This document shows, one piece after another, positions 40,621 through 54,217 of a DNA stretch of 64,000 bases (its first letter is position 1; each line of letters begins with the position of its first letter). The DNA is from Octopus vulgaris (Eukaryota): contig OX597827.1 in NCBI GenBank assembly GCA_951406725.2, positions 16,802,001 through 16,866,000 of the forward strand, in the 5' to 3' direction. The position numbers and the translations under genes are program-made. The notes under the pieces were generated by a model. The model was not told the origin of the DNA, searched no databases, and saw nothing but the letters and a program-made list of their open reading frames with translations.

Positions 40621-40878
40621 CTTATTTCTTACTCGGCATTGCATCGTGTCGTGCTGTCTATTTTCTGAAAAGAGATGAAATTCATTTAAATTTCAGAAAC
40701 ACATGTACAGGTAACATAGAGATGCAAAGATCCATTTAAAACACTACGATGAAAATATTTTTTCGTATGAATTCAAATTACATCATTGGAGACGATTAAG
40801 ATAACAGAAAAAAACGAAGGAATTTATCTGACAACACACATACGTACACACGCACATATATAACAAATATATATAAAC

Positions 40879-40956
<78 letters not shown>

Positions 40957-41009
40957 GTATATATGTGTAATATGTACGATATATAATTTGTGTGTATATA
41001 TATATATAT

Positions 41010-41417
41010 TACTCTTTTATTCTTTTACTTGTTTCAGTCATTTGACTGCGCCCATGCTAGACCACCGCCTGTAGTCTACCAAATCGACACCAGGACTTAA
41101 TTTTTGTAAGCCTAGTACTTATTCTATCGGTTGTTTTGCCGAACCGCTAAGTTACGGGGACGTAAACTCACCAACATCGTTTGTTAAGCGATGTTGGGGC
41201 GGCCAACACAGACACACAAACATATACACAGACATACATATAGATATATACATATATACGACGGGCTTCTTTCAGTTTCCGTCTACTAAATCCACTCACA
41301 AAGCTTTGGTCGGCCCGAGGCTATAGTAGAAGACACTTGCCCAAGGTGCCATGTAGTGGGACTGAACCCGGAACCTTGTGGTTCGTAAGCAAGCTACTTA
41401 CCACACAGCCACTCCTA

Positions 41418-41420
<3 letters not shown>
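41010..41420 (-). mobile_element. SINE-E, full length
   Basis: Head TGGCTGTGTGG...GGTTCAGTCCC; tail ending in (TAAAAGAR)n. Confidence 0.92.
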
Positions 41421-41516
<96 letters not shown>

Positions 41517-41532
41517 CGCACACACACACACA

Positions 41533-43376
41533 TATTGAGTTGATAAGAAAGTAATTTCGGTTTTTTAGTGTGAAATAAATGTCATTATTTTTTTGATATA
41601 AAGAATGAACTTTAATCAATTATATATTTTCCATTGTGTTCGATGACCTTTTGCAATCTTTCTGGAAACTTTATGATTCCGGGCGTATAGAACTTCTTGT
41701 CCTTATCACCCAAAAACGGAAGCAAGTGCAATTTCAGGTCATCATTATGATTGAAAGAAAGTTTGCATTCAAAGTTTGCATTCAAAGTTTGCATTCAAAG
41801 AAGTTTGCAAACTTCGAAATAAATGGTAATCTGATGGTGCCAAGCGGGGGCTATATGGTTGATATGGCATCACTTCCCAACCACGCTCTAATAAAACTGG
41901 TCTGTATTTGAGAATTAAAAAAGAAAAATTATTCATTGATGTGATGTTACATATTCTTGGGTTGCTGATTTTAAACATCTAAACCATTTTTCTCTGTCAC
42001 ATAAGGATGTTGAATAAAATACAAATTAATAATAAAAAAAATGTGAATTTTTAATAAATTGTTACTTTATCAAATTGAATCAAATAATCTAGGAAAAAGC
42101 ACATTCTGTTAGTTTTAAGAACATACGTTTCCCAAATCATCAGTCAATGAACCACGTTCATCATGAAATACATCGGAATAATCAGTATCAAACCAAATGA
42201 ATGTAAAAAAATATGTCCCTAATGGTTAGCCTACATATTGATTCAAAGGAAGGGGGACATATAATTTCCGCTTCTACTGTGCATCGGGACCATCATATTT
42301 CAATGACCAGCAATAATCCGCCATCATGCTGACATTCCATTTGCCCTGGTATCGAGTTTCCATGGTGCAAATGTCTTGATGAACCGCTCTCCTTGTTCCT
42401 CAATGTAGACTCCACAGTGTAATTTTTTATGAGTTAGAAAAGACGTGTGTGGTCTAGCGTTGTGATGGTGGAACACGATTCTTTTACGATTTGTCAATTC
42501 TGGTCGTTTTTCTTTGATTGCTTCCTCCAGTTTTCTTAATTGCTGACACTAAATATCTGAATTAATAGGTTGGTTTCTTGGAAACAGCCTAAAGATACAC
42601 AACAACTTTGTAATCCAGCCAAATTGAGAGCATTTCCTTTTTAGATGCAATTCAGATTTCGATGAGGCTTGTGTTGGCTCATTACGCTAAGGCCATAATC
42701 GTTTGCGATTGATGTTCTGTAAGACAATCCATTTTTTATCACCAGTGATGATTCGTTTTAAAAAAGGTCGATTTCATTGCTTTTGAGAGGCATATCGCAA
42801 ATATTGATCCGTTGTCTTAAGTGAATCTCTTTCAATTTATGTGTAATCCAAATATGGAGCTTCTTAACGAGTCCAGAACATTTTAAGTGATTTTTCAATT
42901 GTTGTGTTTGATACATTTTACCTTTCTGCAATCTCTCGCAGAGTAATATGACAATCAGATTCATTTATGGCTTTGATTCGGTCATCATCAACTTCAGTAG
43001 GCCGACCAGAACGTTAGTCATCTTTGAGTGAAAAATCTCCAGAAAGGAATTTTTCAAACCATTTCTGACATGCACGTTCTGCCAAGCAATCAACACCATA
43101 AACTTCACATATCTCTTTGTGAACCTCAGCAGCTTTCTCGCCTTTACAGGAGTGAAAAAAACCCAAATATGGCGAAAATGTTCTTTTTGCACTCCGCGTT
43201 ATAATTGACACTGAACTAACAGCTGTAAACAAAATTACGCGCAATTTGCTTCTAAATTAAGCTAAATGTAACGGCTATAAAATGTCAAAGGGAAAAAAAT
43301 CAATATATTGACAAAAGTCATTCAAAAATCACAACTCTATTTGCGAAAAACGAAATTACTTTCTTGCCAACACAAT
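41533..43376 (-). mobile_element. Full-length decayed mariner transposon (transposase pseudogene ~43192 to 41612)
   Basis: TIRs TATTGAGTTGATAAGAAAGTAATTTCG / CGAAATTACTTTCTTGCCAACACAATA; motifs EICEVYG..CQKWF, NARPH, YSPRLAPSDYHLF, ERLQKVIEHNGKY. Confidence 0.92.
41895..42419 (-). mobile_element. Deleted DNA transposon nested in the mariner, Chapaev3-like
   Basis: TAA TSD; ends AACTG...CAGTG; residual EEQGERF/HQDICTMETRYQGKWNVSMMADYCWSLK; excision restores mariner HKKLLERGWEV. Confidence 0.65.
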
Positions 43377-43382
43377 ATATAT

Positions 43383-43521
43383 ATGTACGTGTGTATGTAT
43401 GTATGTATGTATGTATGTATGTATGTATGTATGTATGTATGTATGTATGTATGTATGTATGTATGTATGTATGTATGTATGTATGTTTGTATGTGTGTAT
43501 GTATGTATGTATGTATGTATG

Positions 43522-43552
<31 letters not shown>

Positions 43553-45222
43553 GTATGTGTGTGTGTATGTGTGTATGCATGTATGTATGCATGTATGTAT
43601 GTATGTATGTATGTATGTATGTATGTATGTATGTATGTATGTATGTATGTATGTATGTATGTATGTATGTATGTATGTATGTATGTATGTATGTATGTAT
43701 GTATGTATGTATGTATGTATGTATGTATGTATGTATGTATGTATGTATGTATGTATGTATGTATGTATGTATGTGTGTATGCATGTATGTATGTATGTAT
43801 GTATGTATGTATGTATGTATGTGTGTATGTATGTATGTATGTATGTATGTATGTGTGTGTGTATGTATGTATGTATGAATGTATGCATTTATGTGTGTAT
43901 GCATGTATGTATGTGTGTATGCATGTATGTGTGTATGTATGTATGTATGTATGTATGCATGTATGTGTGTATGTATGTATGTATGTATGTATGTATGTAT
44001 GTATTTATGTATGTATGTATGTATGTATGTATGTATGTATGTATGTATGTATGTATGTATGTATGTATGTATGTATGTATGTATGTATGTATGTATGTAT
44101 GTATGTATGTATGTATGTATGTATGTATGTATGTATGTATGTATGTATGTATGTATGTATGTATGTATGTATGTGTGTATGTATGTATGTATGTATGTAT
44201 GTATGTATGCATGTATGTGTGTATGTGTGTATGTATGTATGTATGTATGTATGTATGTATGTATGTATGTATGTGTGTATGTATGTATGTATGTATGTAT
44301 GTATGTATGTATGTATGTATGTGTGTATGTATGTATGTATGTATGTATGTATGTATGTATGTGTGTGTATGTATGTATGTATGTATGTATGTATGTATGT
44401 ATGTATGTATGTATGTATGTATTTATGTATGTATGTATGTATGTATGTATGTATGTATGTATGTATGTATGTATGTATGTATGTATGTATGTATGTATGT
44501 ATGTATGTATGTATGTATGTATGTATGTATGTATGTATGTATGTATGTATGTATGTATGTATGTATGTATGTATGTATGTATGTATGTATGTATGTATGT
44601 ATGTATGTATGTATGTATGTATGTATGTATGTATGTATGTATGTATGTATGTATGTATGTATGTATGTATGTATGTATGTATGTGTGTGTGTATGTATGT
44701 ATGTATGTATGTATGTATGTGTGTATGTATGTATGTATGTATGTATGTTTGTATGTATGTATGTATGTATGTATGTATGTGTGTGTGTATGTATGTATGT
44801 ATGTATGTATGTATGTATGTATGTATGTATGTATGTGTGTATGTATGTATGTATGTGTGTATGTGTATGTATGTATGTATGTATGTATGTATGTATGTAT
44901 GTATGTATGTATGTGTGTATGTGTGTATGTATGTATGTATGTATGTATGTATGTATGTATGTATGTATGTATGTATGTATGTATGTATGTATGTGTGTAT
45001 GTATGTATGCATGTATGTATGTATGTATGTATGTATGTATGTATGTATGTATGTATGCATTTATGTATGTATGTATGCATGTATGTATGTATGTATGCAT
45101 GTATGTATGTATGTGTGTATGTATGTATTGTGTGTGCGTGTATGTATGTATGTATGTATGTATGTATGTATGTATGTATGAATGTATGTATGTATGTATG
45201 TATGTATGTATGCATGTATGTA
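43383..45222. repeat. ~1.8-kb (GTAT)n tetranucleotide array
   Basis: Visible directly; source of the MYVC and HTYI pseudo-ORFs. Confidence 0.97.
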
Positions 45223-45565
45223 TCATGCGCGGGGACATAGAAATAATCGGACTGAATACCCGATCGCGCGGTTAAACCATTGGGAGTGAAGGACTCCTAG
45301 CCTTTGTTAGGGCATGATTCTAGGAGAAGGTAACTCGGGTAACTGGGATAACTCCGACATAAAACCTGCGGCTCAGTGGTTACCGATGATGTTGGCTTGT
45401 TCTTCTTTTCGGATTATAGCTGCTGTTGCTTAGTGAGTGGGATTGACTCAGTGCACAGCCTTTCCTCACTTTAAAAAAAATCTTCTTGCACAGGCATTGC
45501 ACGATAACAATATTGATTAAGCTTCGCGCAATGGCCATACTTGATAACGAGGGGCAGCCACCATG
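45223..45565 (+). mobile_element. ~340-bp element between TATG repeats, possibly a non-autonomous RTE derivative
   Basis: GC-richer; TTAGGGCA...CTAGGAGAAGGTAACTC...AAAACC resembles RTE 5' UTRs (from memory); ends CCACC followed by ATGT repeats. Confidence 0.4.
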
Positions 45566-45575
45566 TATGTATATA

Positions 45576-45809
45576 TATTTCTTTACTACCCACAAGGGGC
45601 TAAACACAGAGGAGACAAACAAGGACAGACAAAGGGATTAAGTCGATTACATCGACCCCAGTGCGTAACTGGTACTTAATTTATCGACCCCGGAAGGATG
45701 AAAGGCAAAGTCGACTTCGACCTCGGCGGAATTTGAACTTGGAACGTAACGGCAGACGAAATACCACTAAGCATTTCGCCCGGCGTGCTAACGTTTCTAC
45801 CAACTCGCC
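45576..45809 (-). mobile_element. SINE-A monomer
   Basis: Family similarity. Confidence 0.92.
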
Positions 45810-46676
45810 TTTTTTTTGTATGTATGCATGTATGTATGTATGTATGTATGTATGTATGTATGTATGTATGTATGTATGTATCTATATTTGCGTTGATAAT
45901 GACTGCACTAATGGATGCATGTAACTACACATACATGTCTATATGCTTAGATTCAATGTTTATCAAGTCTTAGAATATTCACAATCTTTTGAAAAGAATT
46001 TGTATAATACCAAAAGCCTATAAGATTATCGACAATATTTTAAGGAAATCCATTGATATCTATTTTCTTTGTTTGGCATTCCAAACTACTATGCTACCTT
46101 AATGACAATATATTTAAAAAATTCTGTCGAGTTCTTGAATATCTACGAATTCCACAAAACGCACGCACCACACAGACACACACACACACATACACACACA
46201 CTCACATATACATACATACACACACAATAAGAGAAGAAGCACAGGATAAAAATTAAACAAAATATAAATTAGACAGAATTTAACGAAAATTAAGAAAAAT
46301 ATGTGCATAAAATACATCAACGCAAAATAATGATTTACATCCGTTTGTATAAAAGTCCATTTCTTTTTATATAACCCCTGTATTGAAAACGAAAATCTAT
46401 TTTCTTTGGTAAATTCAATAAATGGATTTAAGAAAAATCTCACGGTTTAGGTGTGAAATAAGTAGGTATGACAGGTGAAGAATTTCGTCAAAATTAATTT
46501 AATTGCGAAAGTGTCGAGTTTCACAAAAAGATACCTTCATATACTTGCTACCAATATCATACCATACCAATTCTTAGCAATCTGATTTGTCTATATTCCT
46601 ACACTCTACCCCCCCCACATATATGTATATATATATATATACTCAAATATACCCACATATCTACTTGTATATGTAT

Positions 46677-46733
<57 letters not shown>

Positions 46734-46734
46734 A

Positions 46735-46797
<63 letters not shown>

Positions 46798-46798
46798 G

Positions 46799-46830
<32 letters not shown>

Positions 46831-47329
46831 TTCAGTAGGGTATATAATACATAATACCACTTGCTAAAATCATTATTACTTTATTAATACTACTAATAAC
46901 GACAAAAATACTTCAATATTTAAATTTATACACACACACGCACACACATACATACATATATATATATATACATATATATGCATGCATATATATGTATATA
47001 TATATATATATACAGACAGGGAGAGAGAATGAGAGATACATGTATAGATGTATATTTATATATATACACCCACATATATACATTTATATACATATATATA
47101 GAGAGAGAGAGGGGGAGAGAGATAGAGAGAGGGAAAAGAGAGAGCATGCATACATATACATATCCTATGTAGCCTAGTAGTTAGAGTGATGGGAATATGA
47201 TCGTAAGTTTGTGGGTTCGATTCTTGGAATAAGGTAGCCTCTTTAATATCATGTTGTTCCGCCCTACTCAGCTAAAAAAACGAATACCTGTTTAGTGATG
47301 GTGCAGGCAAAGTACATGCCCCCATGTGC

Positions 47330-48886
47330 ACGAATCTGCTGCATATTTTCTGCAGATACCCAAAGGAGTTGTTGGCAATGCGGTTATCAACCTCCTTTTC
47401 ATAGGTATCTGAAATCTCGACTGAATTAAAGTGGCGGGCTGTCCTTCGATGCTGGTTTGCAATGGTCGGTGTGTGGACTATGGTAAATTTCGGAACATGT
47501 GAGTTTTTTTTTTTTTGCAACCTGATTGTAAGTCTAAAGGCCTTGGCAGCCTTAGCAAAAGCTCCCGTGTGCGTTGTGAAAGTGCTGTGATCTGCAAACA
47601 GTAGGTAAGGGTTTAGATACTCCAGTGTCCCCGTGCGAACAAGGAGTCAGCGAAAGTTGAATATATTCCTGCCAATGCGATAACGTATGTAGATACCCTG
47701 GTGTAAGTTCTCCTTGGTCTTCTCTACCGACTGAATGCTGAAGAAGATTGCGGAGTTGGGGCTAGAACAATCGCTGTTTCACACCGTTCTCAATAGGAAA
47801 GGTCTCCGAGAGGTCACCGTTATACTTGATCTGTCCCCGTTAGCACTTGTGAAGCCGATTGAAGACACAGAGGAACTTGGATATACAACCAAAATACTAC
47901 GGAATTCTCCCTACCTCATCCCTACTGAATGGAGGCACATGACCTAGTGGTTAGGACAGCAGACTCGCGGTCGAGAGATCGCGGGTTCGAATCTCAGACC
48001 GCGCGATGTGTGTGTTTATGAGCGAAACACCAAAGCTCCACGCGGCTCCGGCAGAAGATAATGGCAAATTTCTGCTGACTCTTTCGACACAACTTTCTCT
48101 CACTCTTTCTTCCTGCATCTTGCAGCTCACCTGCGACGGACCGGCTTCCCGTCCAGGTGGGGAACCTATACGCCAAGGGAGCCGGGAAACCGGCCCTTAT
48201 GAGCCAGACATGGCTCGAGAAGGAACAAACAACATCCCTACTGACCATATGAAACACCTGCGTCTGGTCGATGAAAGCACATGTCCGCAATCAAAATCTA
48301 CGAGGCTGATGTCATTACTACTTCCTTCAATGAATCATAATCTTGGCTGTTGCAAGTCAAGGAGGTCAAGCTGCTGGGACGCTCCCACCAGATATATCTC
48401 CACTCAATCATGGCCGTCTCATGAAAGGAACTCATCATTGACAACGAAGTCTTTACTCTAGCAGGCTAATGTTTCGATCATTCAAGCCATGGTAGTGCCC
48501 AGACAGCTCAGGTGGACAGGCCACGTCTCACGCTCAGAATACTGAAGGCAAGCTTAGCCAGGGAAAAAGAGACAGAAGGGCTCTTCGGAAGAATTTTAAA
48601 GACCAGTTGGAACGCCAGCTCACATCGGCAGGGATAGGTTCCCACAGTGCCGGAGTGAGTCATAGAATAGAGGGAGGTGTGGCGAGACTGTTTGCGAAGG
48701 CCAGACTAGCTTCAGCGGACGAGAAACGGCAAAGAATGAGAGTCGTGATCAAGATTCCAATCTCACCGGATTATACGTTTTTGCTCCAAGTGCATCAGAG
48801 GCTGTCGTTCAAGGATGGGTTTAAATAGCCACTTAAGGGCTTTGCGATCTTCCTCATGGTCTTCGGACACAAAGAATTGCTGTCAT
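47330..48886. mobile_element. Decayed RTE-clade LINE with inverted 5' part (minus ~47330-48258, plus ~48259-48886)
   Basis: Minus strand: VFHMVSRD, GQIKYNGDLSE, IENGVKQ, LLFAD, EKEVDNRIA. Plus strand: IKIYEADVITT, QLRWTGHVSR, KRDRRALRKNFKDQL. Confidence 0.8.
47930..48232 (+). mobile_element. SINE-F nested in the RTE
   Basis: 12-bp TSD CATCCCTACTGA. Confidence 0.92.
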
Positions 48887-48892
48887 AATTAA

Positions 48893-49304
48893 GGTAACGA
48901 GCTGGCAGAATCGTTAGCACACCGGGCGAAATGCTTAGCGGTATTCCGTCTGCCGTTACGTCCTGAGTTCAAATTCCGCCGAGGTCGACTTTGCCTTTCA
49001 TCATTTCGGGGTCGATAAATAAAGTACCAGTTACGCACTGGGGTCGATGTAATCGACTTAATACCTATGTCTGTCCTTGTTTGTCCGCTCTGTGTTTAGC
49101 CCCTTGTGGGTAATAAAGAAATAAGTATTCCGTCTGCCGTTACGTTCTGACATCAAATTCCGCCGAGGTCGACTTTGCTTTTCATCCTTTCGGGGTCGAT
49201 AAATTAAGTACCAGTCACTGGGGGTCGATGTAATCGACTTAATCCCTTTGTCTGTCCTTGTTTGTCTCCTCTATGTTTAGCCCCTTGTGGACAATAAAGA
49301 AATA
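48893..49304 (+). mobile_element. SINE-A dimer
   Basis: Full unit plus headless unit; junction AAAGAAATA|AGTATT at 49123. Confidence 0.92.
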
Positions 49305-49417
49305 AGAATTGCCACCATATACATAGTAGAGATAGATGGGTAGATAGAGAGAGATATAAAGAGAAAGATAGATACATAGAGAGCGAGAGAGAGAGTCAAA
49401 GAGAAAGAAAGAGAGAG

Positions 49418-49454
<37 letters not shown>

Positions 49455-49668
49455 AGGGAATCAACAATTAAAATATATACTATTTTATGCTTTTTTTTCT
49501 ACTCAGCCCTTCCAGGAGCTGAGCAAACCTTTTGTACCCAGGCAGTTATTTTGGGAATATATTTCGATTTCCGGTCATTCTTTGTGTGTGAGAGAGTGTG
49601 AGTGAGTGTGCCTCGGTGTGTGCGCGCGCACATATGTGTGTATGTGTGTGTGTGTGATACATATGGAA

Positions 49669-50052
49669 TGGAAGCACTCCGTCGGTTACGACGACGAGGG
49701 TCCCGGTTGATCCGAATCAACGGAACAGCCTGCTCCTGAAATTAACGTGTAAGTGGCTGAGCACTCCACAGACACGTGCAGCCTTAACGTAGTTCTCGGG
49801 GATATTCAGCGTGACACAGAGAGTGACAAGTCCGGCCCTTTGAAATACATGTACAACAGAAACAGGAAGTAAGAGTGAGAGAAAGTTGTGGTGAAAGAGT
49901 ACAGCAGGGATCACCACCATCCCCTGCCGGAGCCTCGTGGAGCTTTAGGTGTTTTCGCTCAATAAACACTCACAACGCCCGGTCTGGGAATCGAAACCGC
50001 GATCCTACGACCGCGAGTCCGCTGCCCTAACCACTGGGCCATTGCGCCTCCA
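49669..50052 (-). mobile_element. SINE-G, full length
   Basis: TSD GTGTGATACATA; matches 39080-39464. Confidence 0.92.
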
Positions 50053-50706
50053 CTAGTGTGATACATAAGGCGTCAGGTGAACACAAGGACTCCTTTGTGT
50101 TGTCCCCTCCTTGCCTCTATCGCTATGCATTTACAGAAACACCTCACTTATTCTTTAGCTGTAACCATTATCAAAACGTACGTTTTCTATCGCTTGTTCC
50201 TTTTTATTATTTGTATTAATCTCTTTCTATTACATTAATTTTTAAAAAAAATAAACCATATATTTTTTTCTACTTCTTGTCGATTACGGGCTTTATGAAT
50301 GTTAATCAAATCTTTTTCATCCGTTTTCATTTACCATTATTAATTTATAATTTTTATCAATTCATTTTGAATGTATTATAATGAAGTAATATAGTTACTA
50401 AGTTTCTCGAACTATGTTGCCTCGAAGAAACAGATAACTGCAAATACGGTGGCTAAAAATACTGATGCTGAAGTTAAATTTAATAATAGAACCATCGCAA
50501 TCGACTAAGATGTGAGATTTAAATCACGTTTGCGATAGAATTAATCGATCACATTAGTCGTGAGCAACTTCTTGCTTTTTTTTTTCCATTTCCTTTTTCA
50601 GAACCTTCAGGGAAGAGTACGCAATTCATGATTTAGAGATTATATTTAGCAGGAAGCTGCTGAAAATTCATTTCGTATATATTCAGTGTTTCGTATCACC
50701 GGTATT

Positions 50707-51111
50707 CTACTCTTTTACTCTTTTACTCTTATACTTGTTTCAGTCATTTGACTGCGGCCATGCTGGAGCACCGCCTTTTAGTCGAGTAAATCGACCCCAG
50801 GACTTATTCTTTGTAAGCCTAGTACTTATTCTATCAGTCTCTTTTGCTGAACCGCTAAACAACGGGGACGTAAACACACCACCGTCGGTTGTCAAGCAAT
50901 GGTGGGGGGACAAACACAGAAACACAAACATATACACACATACATATATATATATATATACATATACACGACGGGATTCTTCCAGTTTCCGTCAACCAAA
51001 TCCACTCACAAGGCTTTGGTCGGCCCGAGGCTATAGTAGAAGGTGCCACGCAGTGGGAATGAACCCGGAATCATGTGGTTGGTAAGCAAGCTACTTACCA
51101 CACAGCCACTC
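50707..51111 (-). mobile_element. SINE-E
   Basis: Family similarity. Confidence 0.92.
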
Positions 51112-52050
51112 ATAATAAATATTTACATTGAGTAAATATTTACATAAATTAAATTGATTCTCATTGTTCAAGAAAAAACAAATGATAACTTGTGTTGCAT
51201 CCTTGTGGATAATGTTCCTAATGCTTGCTATTGCTGTTACTGTTTCGGGAAGAGGTATTCTGACATAGCAGTCAGTTATCAGGTGGAGTTACTCTGTATT
51301 AAGTATGGTGCAAGGCCTCTATCTCTCTATATACATCTACTTTTGAGAGACACGAATCTCTGAGAATTTTTTGGTCTTTCTGGAATAAGTAGTTCGTTGT
51401 TTGGATAAGAAATATGTAGGGGGTGAATCAAAGTTATGAGGTTAAATCTCTGAAGTAATGCTTTATTGACAAGAATGGCTGACTTATATACGTTATTGGT
51501 GTTGAAAACTGTGCGCTGTTTAGCATATTTAGGAAATGGATTTTACTCGAACTATAAACTTCCCTCCTACATTGGTGGATAAATCATTTATTTTACATAC
51601 AACATGTATATACGCATATCTGTGTGTGTGTGCGCGCGTGTGTATATAAATATGTATGTATACTTATATATGTATATACATATAATGAGAAAGTCAGATA
51701 AAGAGATAAACATGATTAAATACATGGATTACGTAGATGCGATTTATCTTCAAACATCCAAAATCACTTCTTTTGAAGATCTTTCATCAGTCTACAGAAA
51801 TCTGAATTTAATAAACCATCCAGTTTTTCACAACATGTCAGAAAATTCCTAAATTCTACAAGACAAACCAGATTTACTCTCACCTACGCAGTATAAGCAA
51901 AAGCTAGCAACAGCAAAAGTAGGAATATCCATAATGCAATTCGAAATAACACCTGAACACGTTCAACCAATGAGAATCAACTTAACCGTTGTTCCTGGTG
52001 TTCTACAATATTACAATACGATCAGTACGAATCTCCGAGTGATACCTAAT

Positions 52051-52104
<54 letters not shown>

Positions 52105-52190
52105 ACACAAACACACACACACACAAATACACACACATACTAACACACACACACACAGATACACACACACGCGCAAACACACACACACAC

Positions 52191-52237
<47 letters not shown>

Positions 52238-52248
52238 ACTCACATATA

Positions 52249-53133
52249 CGAAGGAGAACTCACAAGAAACCGGAATTGTACAATATTATTTCATTCACTT
52301 AGTTTTGCACGTTGACACTTTTATCACCTTCAACGTTTATTCTCCATTGGAAGCAACGCATCGGTCCAGACGCGTCTTCCACTGCTCGAAGCAATGCTGG
52401 AAATCTTGCAAAAGAGATGAATTTTAAAGCCCTCTGTCGTTTATTTCCTCACCTCTTCAACATCTTCAGATTCCGTAGCACCAACTTTCGTCACCAGTGA
52501 TGACCTTCGAAAAAAGGTCCTCCGGATCAATTTCCATCTGTTCTTTTCGTTCACGACACGCATTCATTCGTGACTACTTTTGATCTTCCGCCAGAGAGCC
52601 GGGCACAAAATATACTGCAAGTCTTTCCATTCTTAATTCCTTTCTCAAAATTCAATGGCAGGAACTCGACGACACACCAATCATATCAACGAGTTCGTCA
52701 ACTGTTCGATAATTGTTCTAAATCAATTCAGGATATTTTCATTCGTTCGGGAGGTCGGCGGATGCCCTGGATGAGGCTGCTTTTCAAGCGCCAAGTGACC
52801 TAAAGCGTGGTAGCTACTCGTAAATTTGTGTTTTGCTCATGGCACAGCGTTCTTGTAAGCTGTTTGAAGCATGATGACTGTTTCGGCCACAGTTTTCCCC
52901 CAGCAGAAAACAGAATCTCACCGACCATGCTGTTCCTTCGCAAAAATCTACGGAAAGGGGAGAAGCACTGTAAAACAACGACGCATTAAATGACAGTACG
53001 ACTTCACTCGACAATGCCGGTCAACATACTGATGCCTGAGGTTCGCATCAAGTGGATTCTAGCGGTGGAACCTAGAACTACAACGCGCTTGTCCCACAGA
53101 GAATATTTTCGGTTTCTTTTGGGTATCTCCTCG
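52249..53133 (-). mobile_element. Internally deleted mariner element (second family)
   Basis: TA-flanked imperfect ~28-bp TIRs; remnants CAMSKTQIYE, DLFSKVITGDESW, QHCFEQWKTRLDRCVASNGE. Confidence 0.85.
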
Positions 53134-53150
53134 TATATTTATATATTTGA

Positions 53151-53188
<38 letters not shown>

Positions 53189-53192
<4 letters not shown>

Positions 53193-53365
53193 CGAAAATA
53201 AACAAAAGACGAAGGCAAGTGGTGTACAAACAAACAGATGTATTAGTATAATGCTCAGGAAAAAGTCTTTTACGTTTCGAGCCTTCGCTCTTCTAGAGAA
53301 AGGGACACAGAAAAAAACAAGGAGAGAAAAAAAATGTGTGTAGTAGCTAACGATCTATCATGGCG
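53189..53365 (-). mobile_element. Family P2 element with a hammerhead-like motif at 53267-53302
   Basis: CUUU-CUCUAGA-A-GAGC(GAAG)GCUC-GAAAC-GUA-AAAG; homologous to 19770-19938. Confidence 0.75.
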
Positions 53366-53438
53366 TCTCATACATACATACATACATGTACATATGGCAC
53401 ACATGTACATATGACATATATATATATATATGTATATA

Positions 53439-53950
53439 TCTATATATATAAAACTGTAGTTGTGTGAGTGTCTGTCCCCTTCGATTTAGATTCCTAACTA
53501 CTCCCACATTTTGCGGTGCAGTTTAACCAAAAATGGGTATCTTAAAGTCGTGATTCATATCGAGCCCGTCTGAGTATTAGCGCGCGTCTACGATGAGTCT
53601 ACGATTTAAAAAATAATTTAACATAATTTTTTATTCCATTTTAATGCATAATTTTTCGTGTGTCGATGACGGCGGAGTTGGCGTCCATGGTCACACCTGC
53701 ACCTGTTTGCTTCTCCCCTTCTTCCCTCCCTCGTGAAGCTGTGGGGAAGGGAGTGTAAGGAAATCAACGTCGTAAAGCGTTGTCAAGGAGACCAGCGTTC
53801 TTTTAGAACAACGACTTCATGGCTTGAAGACACCAAAACAGAAATGGCTAAGAAAGCCCGAATTGGCATCTATAAGGGAAGTAACTCTCTAAAAATGCTT
53901 ATATAGTTATTTCCCTTACAAATCCGAGCAACGCCGGGCGATACTGCTAG
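53439..53950 (+). mobile_element. Non-autonomous Helitron, copy 2, with an extra internal segment
   Basis: A|TC...CTAG|T ends, same 3' hairpin as 17855-18236. Confidence 0.88.
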
Positions 53951-54002
<52 letters not shown>

Positions 54003-54184
54003 GTGTGCGTGCGTGTGTGTGAGTCTGTATGTGTATGTGTGTGTGTTTGTGTGTGTGTGTGTATTGATTTGTTTTTATCTCAATTTGTATATGAACAACA
54101 TTAAACTAAAGAATTACCTTTCTCTAGAATACATATTTATAAGCTTTTACAAGGAAAAGATTGACAATGACTTTTCAGCCGTTT

Positions 54185-54217
<33 letters not shown>

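Noticed and set aside
41758-41796. Three copies of a 13-bp tandem repeat AAAGTTTGCATTC
   Set aside because: Local slippage inside a dead transposase; no sign of function.
41612-43244. SETMAR-like host gene
   Set aside because: No SET domain, many stops and frameshifts, and enclosed by TIRs.
43308-45275. 655-aa and overlapping long ORFs
   Set aside because: Translation of (GTAT)n, which lacks stop codons in most frames; not a gene.
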